Shown here in pieces: positions 1-10,288 of a DNA stretch of 58,342 nucleotides. The notes under the pieces were generated by a model. It worked only from the letters and a program-made list of their open reading frames with translations, was not told where the DNA came from and did not search any database. Origin of the DNA: Acidimicrobiales bacterium (GTDB lineage Bacteria > Actinomycetota > Acidimicrobiia > Acidimicrobiales > CADCTF01); NCBI GenBank assembly GCA_036380695.1, contig DASVEG010000202.1, forward strand, positions 1-58,342, read 5' to 3'. The position numbers were made by a program, and so were the translations under genes. The first letter of the stretch is position 1. Each line of letters starts with the position of its first letter.

Positions 1-179
1 TGGAGCCCAAGTAGAGAACGTCCCAATAACCCACCCGGCCGCTCCGGCGGACGGGCCGGGCTACCGGATGGCACCAACGGGCTCCAGGTCCCCAACCACT
101 TCTTCGCATGCCGTGACTGCGCGCGCCCGGGGCGGGGGTAACGTGCCCGCCGTCACACCGGGACCGGCGAAGGGGTGAG

Positions 180-1043
180 GTGAGCGAAGCGACGGAGGCG
201 ATCATCTCGCTGCGAGGGGTCACCAAGTCGTTCGGTTCCCACACCGTCCTGAAGGACATCACCTTCGACGTCCCCAAGGGCAAGATCACCGCGATCCTCG
301 GCCCGTCCGGCACCGGCAAGTCGGTGCTGTTGAAGAACATCATCGGCCTGCTGCGCCCCGACGCCGGCGAGATCTGGGTCGACGGCGAGCAGATCGTGGG
401 GATGCGGGAGAAGGACCTGTACCGCGTCCGCCGCAAGTTCGGCGTGCTCTTCCAGGACGGCGCCCTCTTCGGCTCGATGAACCTGTACGACAACATCGCC
501 TTCCCCCTCCGCGAGCACACGAAGAAGCGCGACAAGGAGATCCGCGAGATCGTCGTCGAGAAGGCCGGCCTCGTCGGCCTGCTCGACCACCTCAAGAAGA
601 CTCCCGGCGAGGTGTCGGGCGGTATGAAGAAGCGCGCTGGCCTGGCCAGGGCGCTGGTGATGGATCCCGAGATCGTGCTGTTCGACGAGCCGGACTCCGG
701 CCTCGACCCGGTGAGGGTCGCGTACCTCGACGAGCTCGTGGTGAACGTGCAGCGCGAGACCGGCGCGACGTTCTTCATCATCACCCACAACATCCCGTCG
801 GTGATGCGGACCGCGGACTACATGGGCGTGCTGTTCCGGTCGGGGCTCGTGAAGTTCGACGCCAAGCAGGCGATGCGGGACACCGACAACGCGATCATCC
901 GCCAATTCCTCCGCGGCAAGGCCAAGGGCCCCATCGGGATGGACGAGATGTCGGACACGGGCAGCGAGATCGAGGACCTCCTCGAGGAGCAGGAGGCCGA
1001 ACGCCTCGAGTCCGGCGAGACCGACGAGGTCCTCACCGTCTGA
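180..1043 (+). CDS. mkl: ABC transporter ATP-binding protein, Mkl/MceG (MlaF-like)
   Basis: 287-aa ORF with Walker A GPSGTGKS, ABC signature VSGGMKKR and Walker B IVLFDEPDSGLD. GTG start follows GGGGTGAGG. Lies directly upstream of the yrbE/mce genes. Confidence 0.93.
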   Translation: MSEATEAIISLRGVTKSFGSHTVLKDITFDVPKGKITAILGPSGTGKSVLLKNIIGLLRPDAGEIWVDGEQIVGMREKDLYRVRRKFGVLFQDGALFGSMNLYDNIAFPLREHTKKRDKEIREIVVEKAGLVGLLDHLKKTPGEVSGGMKKRAGLARALVMDPEIVLFDEPDSGLDPVRVAYLDELVVNVQRETGATFFIITHNIPSVMRTADYMGVLFRSGLVKFDAKQAMRDTDNAIIRQFLRGKAKGPIGMDEMSDTGSEIEDLLEEQEAERLESGETDEVLTV

Positions 1044-1053
1044 TGGCGACCTG

Positions 1054-1839
1054 ATGGCCGCGTCCGCCTTTCTCGCCAAGCCCCAGGTCGCCATCCGCCA
1101 GACCGGCAACATGTTCGCGATCTGCCTCGAAGGCGTGCGTGCGAGCTGGCGGATCAAGGACTGGTTCGGCGAGTTCCTAACGCAGTGCTGGTTCATCGCC
1201 AAGGTGACGATCCTGCCGGTGATCCTCATCTCGATCCCGTTCGGGATGGTGATCGCGCTGCACGTCGGGTCGTTCAATCGCCAGCTCGGCGCCGAGGCCG
1301 CGACCGGCGCCGCGATGGTGCTGGCGATCGTGCGTGAGGCGGCGCCCGTCGCCACCGCGCTGCTCATCGCCGGCGCGGGTGGCAGCGCCATGACCGCCGA
1401 CCTCGGGAGCCGCAAGATCCGCGACGAGATCTCGGCGATGGAGGTCATGGCGGTCAACCCGATCCACCGCCTCGTGACGCCGCGGCTGTGGGCTGCGTCG
1501 TTCGTCGCCGTCGCCCTCGTGAGCCTCGTGAGCGTCGCCGGCTTGGCCGGCGGCTTCGTCTTCAACGTGATGGTGCAAGGCACCACCGCCGGTGCGTACT
1601 TCTCCGGCTTCACGGCGCTGGTGCAGCTCGCCGACCTGTGGTCCGCGCTGGTGAAGGCGTTCGTGTTCGGGTTCCTCGCCGCGATGGTCGCCTGCTACAA
1701 GGGCCTCTACGCCAAGGGCGGGCCGAAGGGCGTCGGCGACGCCGTCAACCAAGCCGTCGTCGTCACGTTCATCCTCATCTTCTTCGCCAACTTCATCCTC
1801 ACGACCCTGTACTTCGCGCTCATCCCCCAGAAGTTCTAG
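1054..1839 (+). CDS. yrbEA: Mce-system ABC permease YrbEA (MlaE family)
   Basis: 261-aa polytopic membrane ORF. The pattern typical of YrbE/MlaE permeases is present (ILPVILISIPFGMVIAL..., C-terminal GGPKGVGDAVNQAVV). Starts 10 nt after mkl. Confidence 0.9.
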   Translation: MAASAFLAKPQVAIRQTGNMFAICLEGVRASWRIKDWFGEFLTQCWFIAKVTILPVILISIPFGMVIALHVGSFNRQLGAEAATGAAMVLAIVREAAPVATALLIAGAGGSAMTADLGSRKIRDEISAMEVMAVNPIHRLVTPRLWAASFVAVALVSLVSVAGLAGGFVFNVMVQGTTAGAYFSGFTALVQLADLWSALVKAFVFGFLAAMVACYKGLYAKGGPKGVGDAVNQAVVVTFILIFFANFILTTLYFALIPQKF

Positions 1840-2002
1840 TGACCCAAGCCCGAGTATCGCTGCCGCTTCGACGGCCCTGGACGGCTCCCGCGGCGTTCTC
1901 GTCCCTCGACGTAGTGCACGACTACGACTTCGGTCCTGCGGCCTTGCGGGAGACGTCCAGGACTCGCCGACGTCGGCCAGCGCCCTCAGACTCGGGCCAC
2001 TA

Positions 2003-2857
2003 GTGGCCATCCCCGCCCGCCTGCGCGCCGCCAACCGGCCCTTCCGCTACGCCGCGGACGGCATGGAGGAGGTCGGGCGCCAGCTCAGCTTCTACGCCCG
2101 CGTCATGTGGGACGTCGTCACCTTCAAGGCCATCCGGCGCGGCTACGGCCCGATGCTGCTCGCGCTGATCTCCGACATCGCCATCGGCGCGGGCGCGCTC
2201 ATCGTCGGCGGCGGGATGGTGTTCGTGATCTTCTCCATGTCCTTCTTCACCGGCACCGAGGTCGGGATGCAGGGCTTCAAGGGGCTGGAGCAGATCGGGG
2301 CCGAGGCCTTCACGGGCCTCGTCGGCAGCTTCGCCAACACACGCGAGGTGACGCCCCTCATCGCTGGCGTGGCGTTCGCCGCGCAGGTCGGGGCCGGGTT
2401 CACCGCCGAGCTCGGCGCCATGCGGATCAGCGACGAGATCGACGCGCTCGAGGTGATGAGCGTGCCGACGTTCGTGTACCTCGTGTGCACCCGCGTGATG
2501 GCCGCGCTGATCTGCATCATCCCGCTGTACCTCTTCAGCCTCTACGCCAGCTTCCTCGCCACCGAGCTGGTGACGACCCGGTTCTTCGGCCTCTCGTCGG
2601 GCGTCTACGAGCACTACTTCCGGCTGTACCTGCCGCCCATCGACGTCGCCTACAGCCTGGCCAAGGCGTGCGTGTTCGCCGTCGCCGTGACGCTCATCCA
2701 CTGCTACTACGGGTTCTACGCGAAGGGCGGGCCGGAAGGCGTCGGCGTCGCGGTCGGTCGGGCGATCCGCTTGTCGATCGTCACCGTCGTGATCCTCAAC
2801 CTCGTGCTGTCGCTCGTCTTCTGGGGCGGCGGCAACACCGTGAAGGTGTCCGGTTGA
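2003..2857 (+). CDS. yrbEB: Mce-system ABC permease YrbEB (MlaE family)
   Basis: 284-aa paralogue of the preceding permease (GGPEGVGVAVGRAIRLSIV). GTG start. An unusual 163-bp gap separates it from yrbEA. Confidence 0.9.
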   Translation: MAIPARLRAANRPFRYAADGMEEVGRQLSFYARVMWDVVTFKAIRRGYGPMLLALISDIAIGAGALIVGGGMVFVIFSMSFFTGTEVGMQGFKGLEQIGAEAFTGLVGSFANTREVTPLIAGVAFAAQVGAGFTAELGAMRISDEIDALEVMSVPTFVYLVCTRVMAALICIIPLYLFSLYASFLATELVTTRFFGLSSGVYEHYFRLYLPPIDVAYSLAKACVFAVAVTLIHCYYGFYAKGGPEGVGVAVGRAIRLSIVTVVILNLVLSLVFWGGGNTVKVSG

Positions 2858-4056
2858 CGAGCCTCCTCGTGGGTCGCCTGTCGCCCCGCATGCGCGACGT
2901 GCTCGCCGGCGCGATCACCGTCACCCTGCTCGTGTCGGGGACGTTCCTCGGCATCACCGCGGCGACCGGCAGGTTCACGCCGCGGTACCGCCTGCTGGCG
3001 TCGTTCGACGCCGCGGGCCAAGGCCTGATCCGCGACTCGGACGTCAAGATCCACGGCGTCAACATCGGGCAGGTCGCGTCGGTGAAGCTCGTCGCCGGCC
3101 GCGCCCTGGTGACGATGGACATCGACAGCGAGGAGCGCGTGCCTCGCGTCGCCACCGCGACGATCCGGCCGAAGACGCTGTTCGGGGAGAAGTTCGTCGA
3201 CATCGACCCGGGCGACGACGAGACGACCGGCCCGTTCCTCCGCGACGGCGAGCGCATCGAGAAGACGACCGGCGGCTTCGAGCTCGAGAAGATCCTCGCC
3301 GACCTCTACCCGGTGCTCCAGAGCGTCGACGGCGACCAGCTCGCGACGATCGTCACCGAGCTCTCCGCATCCGGCCGCGACCTCGGGGCCACGGTCAACC
3401 GCGCCATCGCCAACTTCTCGAAGGTCGCGGACGTGCAGGCGCGGCACGCGACCGAGACACAGCAGTTCCTCTCCGACCTGGCGCTGCTGTCGGAAGAGCT
3501 CGACAGGCGCGCCGGCGACCTCGTGGCCGGCGCGACCGATCTCAACGCCGCGCTGCCGCCGCTCAACGCGCGCAGCGACGAGCTGGCGACGATCCTCGAT
3601 CAAGCAGCCCGGCTGTCGACCGACCTCGCCGACATCCTCGAGGCCAACCGCCCGTTCATCGACAAGAACATCCTCTACGGCGGCAAGACGCTGCAGCTGC
3701 TCTACGACCGCCGCGATCAGCTCCCGGGGCTCGTGCGCGGGCTGCGCTACTTCCTCCAGGTGCTCGGCGAGGTCGGCCGCATCGAGCTCGGCGACGGCAC
3801 GCGGCTCGCCGCCGTCAAAGGCATCCTCGGCGGCGGGTCGGAGTGCGGCAGGACGACGGTGGGCTGCCCGACGTACGAAGGCGATCCCGCCGGTCGCGCC
3901 GCGAGCGAGCGGGCCGCGGCGGCAGGGTCCGCCCAAGGAGGCGACGGCGAGCAGGACGGCGGTCACGGCGACGCACCCGTCGCGCCCCCGCCACTGCCAG
4001 CGCCGACCACCGGACCGGAGGCGCTGGTCACCCTCGTCCAAGGGTTGTTGCCGTGA
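2854..4056 (+). CDS. mceA: MCE-family substrate-binding protein (position A)
   Basis: Only the 3' part of track ORF 2107..4056 is taken. N-terminal TM helix followed by an Mce domain (RDSDVKIHGVNIGQVASVKLV...). TTG 2854 overlaps the yrbEB stop (TTGA). GTG 2869 and ATG 2890 are alternative starts. Confidence 0.85.
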   Translation: MTSLLVGRLSPRMRDVLAGAITVTLLVSGTFLGITAATGRFTPRYRLLASFDAAGQGLIRDSDVKIHGVNIGQVASVKLVAGRALVTMDIDSEERVPRVATATIRPKTLFGEKFVDIDPGDDETTGPFLRDGERIEKTTGGFELEKILADLYPVLQSVDGDQLATIVTELSASGRDLGATVNRAIANFSKVADVQARHATETQQFLSDLALLSEELDRRAGDLVAGATDLNAALPPLNARSDELATILDQAARLSTDLADILEANRPFIDKNILYGGKTLQLLYDRRDQLPGLVRGLRYFLQVLGEVGRIELGDGTRLAAVKGILGGGSECGRTTVGCPTYEGDPAGRAASERAAAAGSAQGGDGEQDGGHGDAPVAPPPLPAPTTGPEALVTLVQGLLP

Positions 4057-5126
4057 AGGGGACGATCGCGAAGCTCGTCGCGTTCGTGGTCGTGTGCGGG
4101 TTCTTCACGGGTTACCTCGCCTTCACGATCGGCAACATCCAGCTCTTCCGCCACGACTACTCGCTGACCGCGCGGTTCGACGACGTCACCGGCCTTCTCG
4201 TCGACGACAACGTGAAGGTCGCCGGGGTGGTGGTCGGCAAGGTGACCGGCATCCGCGTCGACAAGGGCGAGGCGGTCGTCCGCTTCACCGTGAAGGACGA
4301 CGTGAAGCTGCCGTCGGACACCGAGGTCGCCGTCCGATGGAGGAACCTCCTCGGGCAGCGGTACGTGTACCTGTACCCGGGCCAGGCGTCGACGGTCCTG
4401 CGCAACGGCGGCGTCGTCGAGAAGACACGGGAGGTCGTCGACCTCGGCGAGCTGTTCAACCGGCTCGGGCCCATCGTCAAGGCCATCGACCCCGCGCAGG
4501 TGAACACGTTCCTCGACGCGGTGGTCAAGGGCCTCGACGGCAACGAGGAGTCGTTGCGCCGCGCGATCGACGACCTGGCCAAGCTCACGGGGTCGCTGGC
4601 CCAACGCGACGAAGCGATCGGCCGGTTGATCGAGAACCTCAACACCGTCGCGGGCACGGTGACGAGCCGCGACCAGCAGATACGGCAGGTGCTCGACAAC
4701 CTGCTCACGCTGGCGACGACCTTCCGCGAGAACACCGACGTGCTCGACAACGCGATCACCGACCTGGGCGACGTGAGCGACGACCTCGGCCGCCTGCTGG
4801 CCACCAACCGGGGCGAGATCGATCGCATCGTCGCCAACCTCACGACGCTCGTGCAGCTCGTCGGGACGAAGGTCCCCGTGCTCGACGAGACGGTGGCGCG
4901 CCTCGACGAGGCGTCCGCCGCGCTGTTCCGGACCGCGAGCTACGGCGAGTTCCTTAACCAGGAGATCCTCTGCATCCGGGTCGGGTACCCGGTGGCGGAG
5001 TCGGTCGCCACGGAGTGTGACCCCGACAGCGCGAAGCCCGGCAACCCGCTCGGGGGCGCGCTGCCGGCGACCGCGACCCATGGGCCGCCCGCGCTGGTCG
5101 AGCTGGTCACAGGGGTGGGGCGTTGA
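4053..5126 (+). CDS. mceB: MCE-family protein (position B)
   Basis: GTG 4053 overlaps the mceA stop (GTGA). TM helix LVAFVVVCGFFTGYLAF followed by an Mce domain (VDDNVKVAGVVVGKVTGIRV). Confidence 0.88.
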   Translation: MKGTIAKLVAFVVVCGFFTGYLAFTIGNIQLFRHDYSLTARFDDVTGLLVDDNVKVAGVVVGKVTGIRVDKGEAVVRFTVKDDVKLPSDTEVAVRWRNLLGQRYVYLYPGQASTVLRNGGVVEKTREVVDLGELFNRLGPIVKAIDPAQVNTFLDAVVKGLDGNEESLRRAIDDLAKLTGSLAQRDEAIGRLIENLNTVAGTVTSRDQQIRQVLDNLLTLATTFRENTDVLDNAITDLGDVSDDLGRLLATNRGEIDRIVANLTTLVQLVGTKVPVLDETVARLDEASAALFRTASYGEFLNQEILCIRVGYPVAESVATECDPDSAKPGNPLGGALPATATHGPPALVELVTGVGR

Positions 5127-6139
5127 GGTCGTTCCGCGATCGCAACCCGTACCTCGTCGGCCTCACGTCGATCGGCGTCATCGGCGCGCTCGTGGCGTTC
5201 GCGTTCGCCGTCGGGTTGTTGCGGCTCTTCGAGAAGACGTACGAGGTGCGCGCCGTGTTCGCCGACGCGAGCGGCATCCGCGGTGGCGACGACGTTCGGG
5301 TGGCCGGCGTCAAGGTCGGTCGGGTGACGAAGGTGCGGGCCGACCGCGGCGCGGGCAACGTCGTCGTCGACTTCGTCGTCGACGACGGCGTCCAGCTCGG
5401 GCCGGAGACCACGGCCGAGGTGGCCCTGCAGACGCTCCTCGGCACCAAGTTCCTCCGCCTCGACGGCACGGTCGAGCAGCCCTACCTGGCGGACGTGCCG
5501 GAGCGCGAGCGGGTCATCCCTATCGAGCGAACGAAGACGCCGTTCGACGTGTTCGAGCTCACCCGGGTCGGGACCGAGAGCATCCAGGCGACGGACACCG
5601 AGAAGCTCAACACGCTCATCGGCCAGCTCGCGAACGTGAGCGAGGGGAAGCACGACCAGATCGCGACGCTGGCGCTCGGCATCACGGAGGTGTCGGAGGC
5701 CATCACGACCCGGGACGCGCAGCTCACCGAGCTGTTGGAACGGGCCGACCGCCTGTCGGCCACGCTGGCGGAGAAGGACGAGACCCTGGTCGCGCTCGTC
5801 GACCAGAGCCAGGCCGTCCTCGACCTCGTGGCGAGACGGCGTGACGACATCGGCACCGCGCTCGACGACGGCGTGACGACGGTCGAGCAGCTCGCCGAGA
5901 TCCTGCGGGCGCACAAGACGCAGCTCGACATCGTGCTCGACACGCTGCATCCGACGATCGACATCCTCGACAGGCGCCAAGCCGACATCGACCGCTCGCT
6001 GGCGTGGGTGGGGACGGGTGCGCTCGGACTCGCGAAGGCGTCCGCGAAGGGCCCGTGGCAGGACATCTACATCCGCTCGCTCGGCCCCGACGTCATCACC
6101 CTGCTCGAGGGCCTGCCGGACGCGGGGGTCGTCCCGTGA
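5123..6139 (+). CDS. mceC: MCE-family protein (position C)
   Basis: TTG 5123 overlaps the mceB stop. TM helix followed by an Mce domain (GGDDVRVAGVKVGRVTKV). Confidence 0.88.
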   Translation: MRSFRDRNPYLVGLTSIGVIGALVAFAFAVGLLRLFEKTYEVRAVFADASGIRGGDDVRVAGVKVGRVTKVRADRGAGNVVVDFVVDDGVQLGPETTAEVALQTLLGTKFLRLDGTVEQPYLADVPERERVIPIERTKTPFDVFELTRVGTESIQATDTEKLNTLIGQLANVSEGKHDQIATLALGITEVSEAITTRDAQLTELLERADRLSATLAEKDETLVALVDQSQAVLDLVARRRDDIGTALDDGVTTVEQLAEILRAHKTQLDIVLDTLHPTIDILDRRQADIDRSLAWVGTGALGLAKASAKGPWQDIYIRSLGPDVITLLEGLPDAGVVP

Positions 6140-6183
6140 GGCGCTCGCACGGGATTTGGGCGCGCTCATACCGGAATACCGGC

Positions 6184-7518
6184 ATGAGCGCGCCCAAAAC
6201 CGCGTTGGCGGCATTGATCGCGGTCGTCGTCGCCGTACTTCCGGCGTGCTCGCGCTCGGGCGACGACGGCTACCGCATGACCGCGTACTTCGAGAAGGGC
6301 ATCTCGCTGTACACGGGCGGCGACGTCCGGGTGCTCGGCTTGCCGGCCGGGGAGATCGTCGAGGTCGAGGCCGAGGCGGCGCGGGTTCGTGTGATCATGC
6401 GTGTGCGCGGCGACGTGCCCGTGCCGGCCGACGTGAAGGCGACCATCGTGCCCCTGTCGCTCATTGGCGAGCGCTACGTCCAGTTGTTCCCGGCGTGGAC
6501 GACCGGCGCGACGCGCGCCAAGGACGGTGCGGTCATCCCCCTCGACCGCACGACGGTGCCGGTCGAGCCGGACGAAGCGCTCGCCGCGCTCAAGGAGTTC
6601 CTCGACACCCTCGACCCCAACGCGACGGGCCGCCTCGTGCGCAACCTCGCGGCCGACCTCGAGGGGAACGGCCAAGCGATCAGCGGCGCCCTCCGCGGCA
6701 TCAGCGATCTCACGGTGCAGCTCGCGGAGAAGGACGACGAGCTGGCGTCGATCGTCGACAACTTCGACGAGTTCACGGCCACGCTCGTGACCCGCGAGCG
6801 CCAGCTCGGGCAGGTAATGGAGGGGTTCGCCACCACCGCCGAGGTGCTCGCAGCCGAGCGCCGCAACATCGAGCGCCTCGTCGACGGCCTCGCCCGCGTG
6901 TCGGTGGACGGCCTCGACCTCGTGAGTGAGCATCGCTTCCGCCTCCAACACGACCTCGACGTGCTGGCCAGGACACTCGACTCGGTGAGGGCCAACATCG
7001 GCACGGTCCGCGACCTGCTGTCGGCCGGCCCGATCCTCGTCGCCGGCGAAGACCTCGACGGCAAGAACGAGGGTCTCAACGCGTCGTACGACCCGCAGTT
7101 CCACCGCATCGACCTGCGGAACTCGTTGAGCCCGGCGGTGAGCGACCTGCTGCGCGTGCTCGGCATCGGCAGCGGCACCGTGTGCATCCCTGCCGACGTG
7201 GAATGCCCACCGGGGTCGTCGCCCCTGCCGACCGTCCCGGCGCCCGTGCCGCCGCTGTTCGGCGCGAGCGCGTCGGTCGCCTCCGGCGCGCCCGCTGCCG
7301 GCGCGTCAGCCGGTGACGCGCCGTCGTCGACAACCGATCCGGTCGACGCCATCGTCAGCTTCCTCGGGAGCCCGACGTCCGAGAAGTCCACCACGGCAGC
7401 CGAGCTCGCAGCGGCGAGCGCGCTGACCGATCGCGACCGCGAACGGGCGTGGGACGCGCCCGCGCCAGTCCGCTGGATCGCGTCCGCGGGCCGGTTCCTC
7501 GCCGGGGTGCTGGCGTGA
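6184..7518 (+). CDS. mceD: MCE-family lipoprotein (position D) with Pro/Ala/Ser-rich C-terminus
   Basis: ATG 6184 lies within track ORF 6004..7518. Signal peptide with lipobox-like VLPAC, then an Mce domain (GGDVRVLGLPAGEIVEVE). Confidence 0.85.
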   Translation: MSAPKTALAALIAVVVAVLPACSRSGDDGYRMTAYFEKGISLYTGGDVRVLGLPAGEIVEVEAEAARVRVIMRVRGDVPVPADVKATIVPLSLIGERYVQLFPAWTTGATRAKDGAVIPLDRTTVPVEPDEALAALKEFLDTLDPNATGRLVRNLAADLEGNGQAISGALRGISDLTVQLAEKDDELASIVDNFDEFTATLVTRERQLGQVMEGFATTAEVLAAERRNIERLVDGLARVSVDGLDLVSEHRFRLQHDLDVLARTLDSVRANIGTVRDLLSAGPILVAGEDLDGKNEGLNASYDPQFHRIDLRNSLSPAVSDLLRVLGIGSGTVCIPADVECPPGSSPLPTVPAPVPPLFGASASVASGAPAAGASAGDAPSSTTDPVDAIVSFLGSPTSEKSTTAAELAAASALTDRDRERAWDAPAPVRWIASAGRFLAGVLA

Positions 7519-8474
7519 CGCGGCGCCTCCTCGCGGTCGCGCTGGTCGTCGCCGCTGTGGCCGGCGCGCTCGGCGGGTGCAGCCGAGACCGCGTCGTCGT
7601 GAAGGCGACGTTCGCCGACGTCGGCGACCTCGTGCCCCGGCACAGCGTTCAGCTCGCCGACGTGCGGATCGGCTCGGTGTCGTCGATCCGGCTCGACGAC
7701 GAGTTCCACGCCGAGGTCACGCTCGCCATCGACCCCGACGTACGGGTGCCCAAGGACTCCGTCGCGTTGATCCGCACGACGTCGTTGCTCGGCGAGAAGT
7801 TCGTCGAGCTGCGCCCCAAAGGAGATCCGTCCAAGGGGCCGTTCCTCGCGGACGGCGACGTGATCGCCGAGACCGGGCAGGCACCCGAGCTCGAGTTCGT
7901 CGCCCAGGAGGCGATCGGCGTGCTGGGGTCGGTCGTGGCCACCGACGTGGCGACGCTGATCGAGTCGGGTGCCGAGGCCTTCGGCGGCAGGGGCGAAGAC
8001 CTGCAGTCGCTCCTGCAGGACCTGAGCACCATCTCCGCCACGTTCGCGAGCCGCACCGCCGAGATCACGCGGATCATCGACGGCCTCGATCGCACGACCG
8101 CGACGCTCGCCGCCGGATCGGGCGAGCTCCAGTCGCTGTTCACGAACCTGGCCGAGACCACGCAAGTGCTGGTGGAGAACCGTGAGCGTGCCCTCGGCGC
8201 GCTGGAGCGCCTCAGCCGGCTGGCCAGGGTGCAGGACGACGTGCTCCAGACCTACCGGACGCAGATCGACTTGCAGATCGACCAGGTCGACGCCGTGCTC
8301 GCGGTCGCCGCGGGGCAGACGACCGAGCTCTCGCTGCTCGTCGACTGGCTTAACCGGTTCGTCGTCGGGTTGCCGGCGAACGTGCCCGGGGACTTCACGC
8401 AGGTCTACGGGTGGTTCATCCCGCAGAGCCAGGATCCCCGTCCCGAAGGCCCAGCGGGGGACAACCGACCGTGA
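7515..8474 (+). CDS. mceE: MCE-family lipoprotein (position E, LprK-like)
   Basis: GTG 7515 overlaps the mceD stop (GTGA). Lipobox ALGGC followed by an Mce domain (HSVQLADVRIGSVSSIRL). Confidence 0.88.
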   Translation: MTRRLLAVALVVAAVAGALGGCSRDRVVVKATFADVGDLVPRHSVQLADVRIGSVSSIRLDDEFHAEVTLAIDPDVRVPKDSVALIRTTSLLGEKFVELRPKGDPSKGPFLADGDVIAETGQAPELEFVAQEAIGVLGSVVATDVATLIESGAEAFGGRGEDLQSLLQDLSTISATFASRTAEITRIIDGLDRTTATLAAGSGELQSLFTNLAETTQVLVENRERALGALERLSRLARVQDDVLQTYRTQIDLQIDQVDAVLAVAAGQTTELSLLVDWLNRFVVGLPANVPGDFTQVYGWFIPQSQDPRPEGPAGDNRP

Positions 8475-9682
8475 GGCTGAACCGGCGCGTCCTCCTCAAC
8501 GTCGCCGTCTTCACGGCCGCGTTCGTGGTCATGGTGGGTTGGGCCGTGAACCAGGTCGTGAGCGTCGACCAGCTCGACCGGCCGTACGAGGTCGCGGCCG
8601 AGTTCACCAACGCGTTCGGCATCGTGCCGAACGCCGAGGTGACCTACCTCGGCGTCGGGTACGGCGCGGTGACGTCCATCGACCGCATCCCGGGCGGGGT
8701 GCGCGTGAACATGCAGATCGAGCGCGGCCGGCAGCTACCGGCCGAGGCGAGGGCGATGGTGGCGAGGAAGTCCGCCATCGGCGAGCCGTACGTCGACTTC
8801 GCGCCGCCGGAGGGCTACGGCGGCGATGGCCCCTTCCTGCAAGCCGGCGCCGTCGTGCCGCGCGAGCGGACGAGCGTGCCGCTGGAATTCTCGGAACTGC
8901 TCCGGTCTGCCAGCGCGTTGGTCGCGTCGGTCCCGCCCGAAGACCTGGAGACGCTGATCCGCGAGGCGTCGATCGCGCTCGACGGCAACAGCCAGTCGCT
9001 TCGGGAGCTGGCCGAGGCCGGCGACGAACTTGCCGCGACGTTCGCGTCGCGTACCGAAGCGCTCGACCGCCTGGCGACGAACAACACGCGGCTCACCCGG
9101 GTGGTCACCGAGCACCGGAACGCGCTCGGGTCGTCGGTCACCGACCTGCGGGCGGTCGCGGCCACGTTGCGCGCCGCGAACGAAGACACGACCGTGCTGC
9201 TCGACCGCGGGTCGCAGTTGCTGGGGCAGACCGCGGACCTCGTCGCGGCGAAGAAGGGCACCATCGACTGCGTCCTGAAGGGCCTCGAGCTGGTGATCGA
9301 CGAGACGACGACGCCCCGCCGGCAGGCCGAGCTCGACGCGCTGCTTCGCATCGGGCCGAAGGCGTTCGAAGGCGTGTGGCAGAGCCGCGACGTCGAGCCG
9401 GACGGGTCGTGGATCCGCGTCGGCAACATCGCGAACACCGAGCGCCAACCCGCCGCGTACGTGCCGCCGCGGGAGCTTCCCGAGCCCCCGTCGATTCCCG
9501 CGTGCCGGTCGTCGCTCGTCGCCGCGAGGAGCGCGGACTACCGGCCGGGCAGCACGCTCGTGGGTTCGGCGGGCGCTGCAGGTGGGTCGCTGCCCGCGAC
9601 GGGGGCGGCAGGATTCGCCACCGGCGGCGGCGCGTTGCTGCTCGGGGCCGTCGTTGCCCGCCGTCTACGCTCCGCCGCGTGA
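8471..9682 (+). CDS. mceF: MCE-family protein (position F)
   Basis: GTG 8471 overlaps the mceE stop. TM helix VAVFTAAFVVMVGWAV followed by an Mce domain (NAEVTYLGVGYGAVTSI). Confidence 0.88.
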   Translation: MRLNRRVLLNVAVFTAAFVVMVGWAVNQVVSVDQLDRPYEVAAEFTNAFGIVPNAEVTYLGVGYGAVTSIDRIPGGVRVNMQIERGRQLPAEARAMVARKSAIGEPYVDFAPPEGYGGDGPFLQAGAVVPRERTSVPLEFSELLRSASALVASVPPEDLETLIREASIALDGNSQSLRELAEAGDELAATFASRTEALDRLATNNTRLTRVVTEHRNALGSSVTDLRAVAATLRAANEDTTVLLDRGSQLLGQTADLVAAKKGTIDCVLKGLELVIDETTTPRRQAELDALLRIGPKAFEGVWQSRDVEPDGSWIRVGNIANTERQPAAYVPPRELPEPPSIPACRSSLVAARSADYRPGSTLVGSAGAAGGSLPATGAAGFATGGGALLLGAVVARRLRSAA

Positions 9683-10287
9683 CGGACCCCGACGCGCCGG
9701 ACGCCGACGCGCCGCCCGATCCCGACGCGCCAACGGCGGGTGCAGGGGGGCGGTCGGCAGCCGTGCGCTGGGTCGCGGCCGGCGTCGCCTTCTTCCTCGC
9801 CGTCGCTGCCGTCGCGTTCGCGCTGTCGAGCCGGCAGCAACTGGCCGACGAGCGGGACGGTCGCGAACAGGTCGAGCGGGTGTCGGGCCAGCTGGCTGCC
9901 GCGCTGCTCACTTACGACTACCGCGAGCTCGACGAGTGGAAGGAACGGGTGCTCGTCAACGCCACGGGGAAGTTCCGGCGCGAGTTCGAGGAGACGTTCG
10001 CGTCGAGCCTCGAGCCGATCGTCACGGAAGTGAAGGCGACGTCGAGGGCGACCGTCACCGACGTGTACGTCGGCCCCATCGACGACGGCGCGGCGTCGGC
10101 GATCGTCGTGGCCAACGCCATCGCGGAGGGCACGGCTGGGCGGCGCACGACCCTGGCGTCGTACATCCAGCTCGACCTGGTCGAGGTCGACGGGCGGTGG
10201 CGGGTCGACGGCGTCACGAATCTGAACCTCGGGCAGGGTGACGGGAATGCGGGACCGCCCACGAGCGTTCAGGGCACGAACGAGTAG
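9679..10287 (+). CDS. Mce-associated membrane protein (Mas/Mam-like)
   Basis: GTG 9679 overlaps the mceF stop. Has a single TM helix (WVAAGVAFFLAVAAVAFAL) and an SnoaL/NTF2-like C-terminal region (LLTYDYRELDEWKERVL...WRVDG), as in the proteins that follow mycobacterial mce operons. Only the last third of track ORF 8182..10287 is used. Confidence 0.7.
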   Translation: MTDPDAPDADAPPDPDAPTAGAGGRSAAVRWVAAGVAFFLAVAAVAFALSSRQQLADERDGREQVERVSGQLAAALLTYDYRELDEWKERVLVNATGKFRREFEETFASSLEPIVTEVKATSRATVTDVYVGPIDDGAASAIVVANAIAEGTAGRRTTLASYIQLDLVEVDGRWRVDGVTNLNLGQGDGNAGPPTSVQGTNE

Positions 10288-10288
10288 A

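Noticed and set aside
153-1613. 486-aa ORF antisense to mkl and yrbEA
   Set aside because: It runs opposite two genes with clear family motifs and has an Arg/Ala/Gly/His-rich composition. This is the typical long shadow ORF of a high-GC genome.
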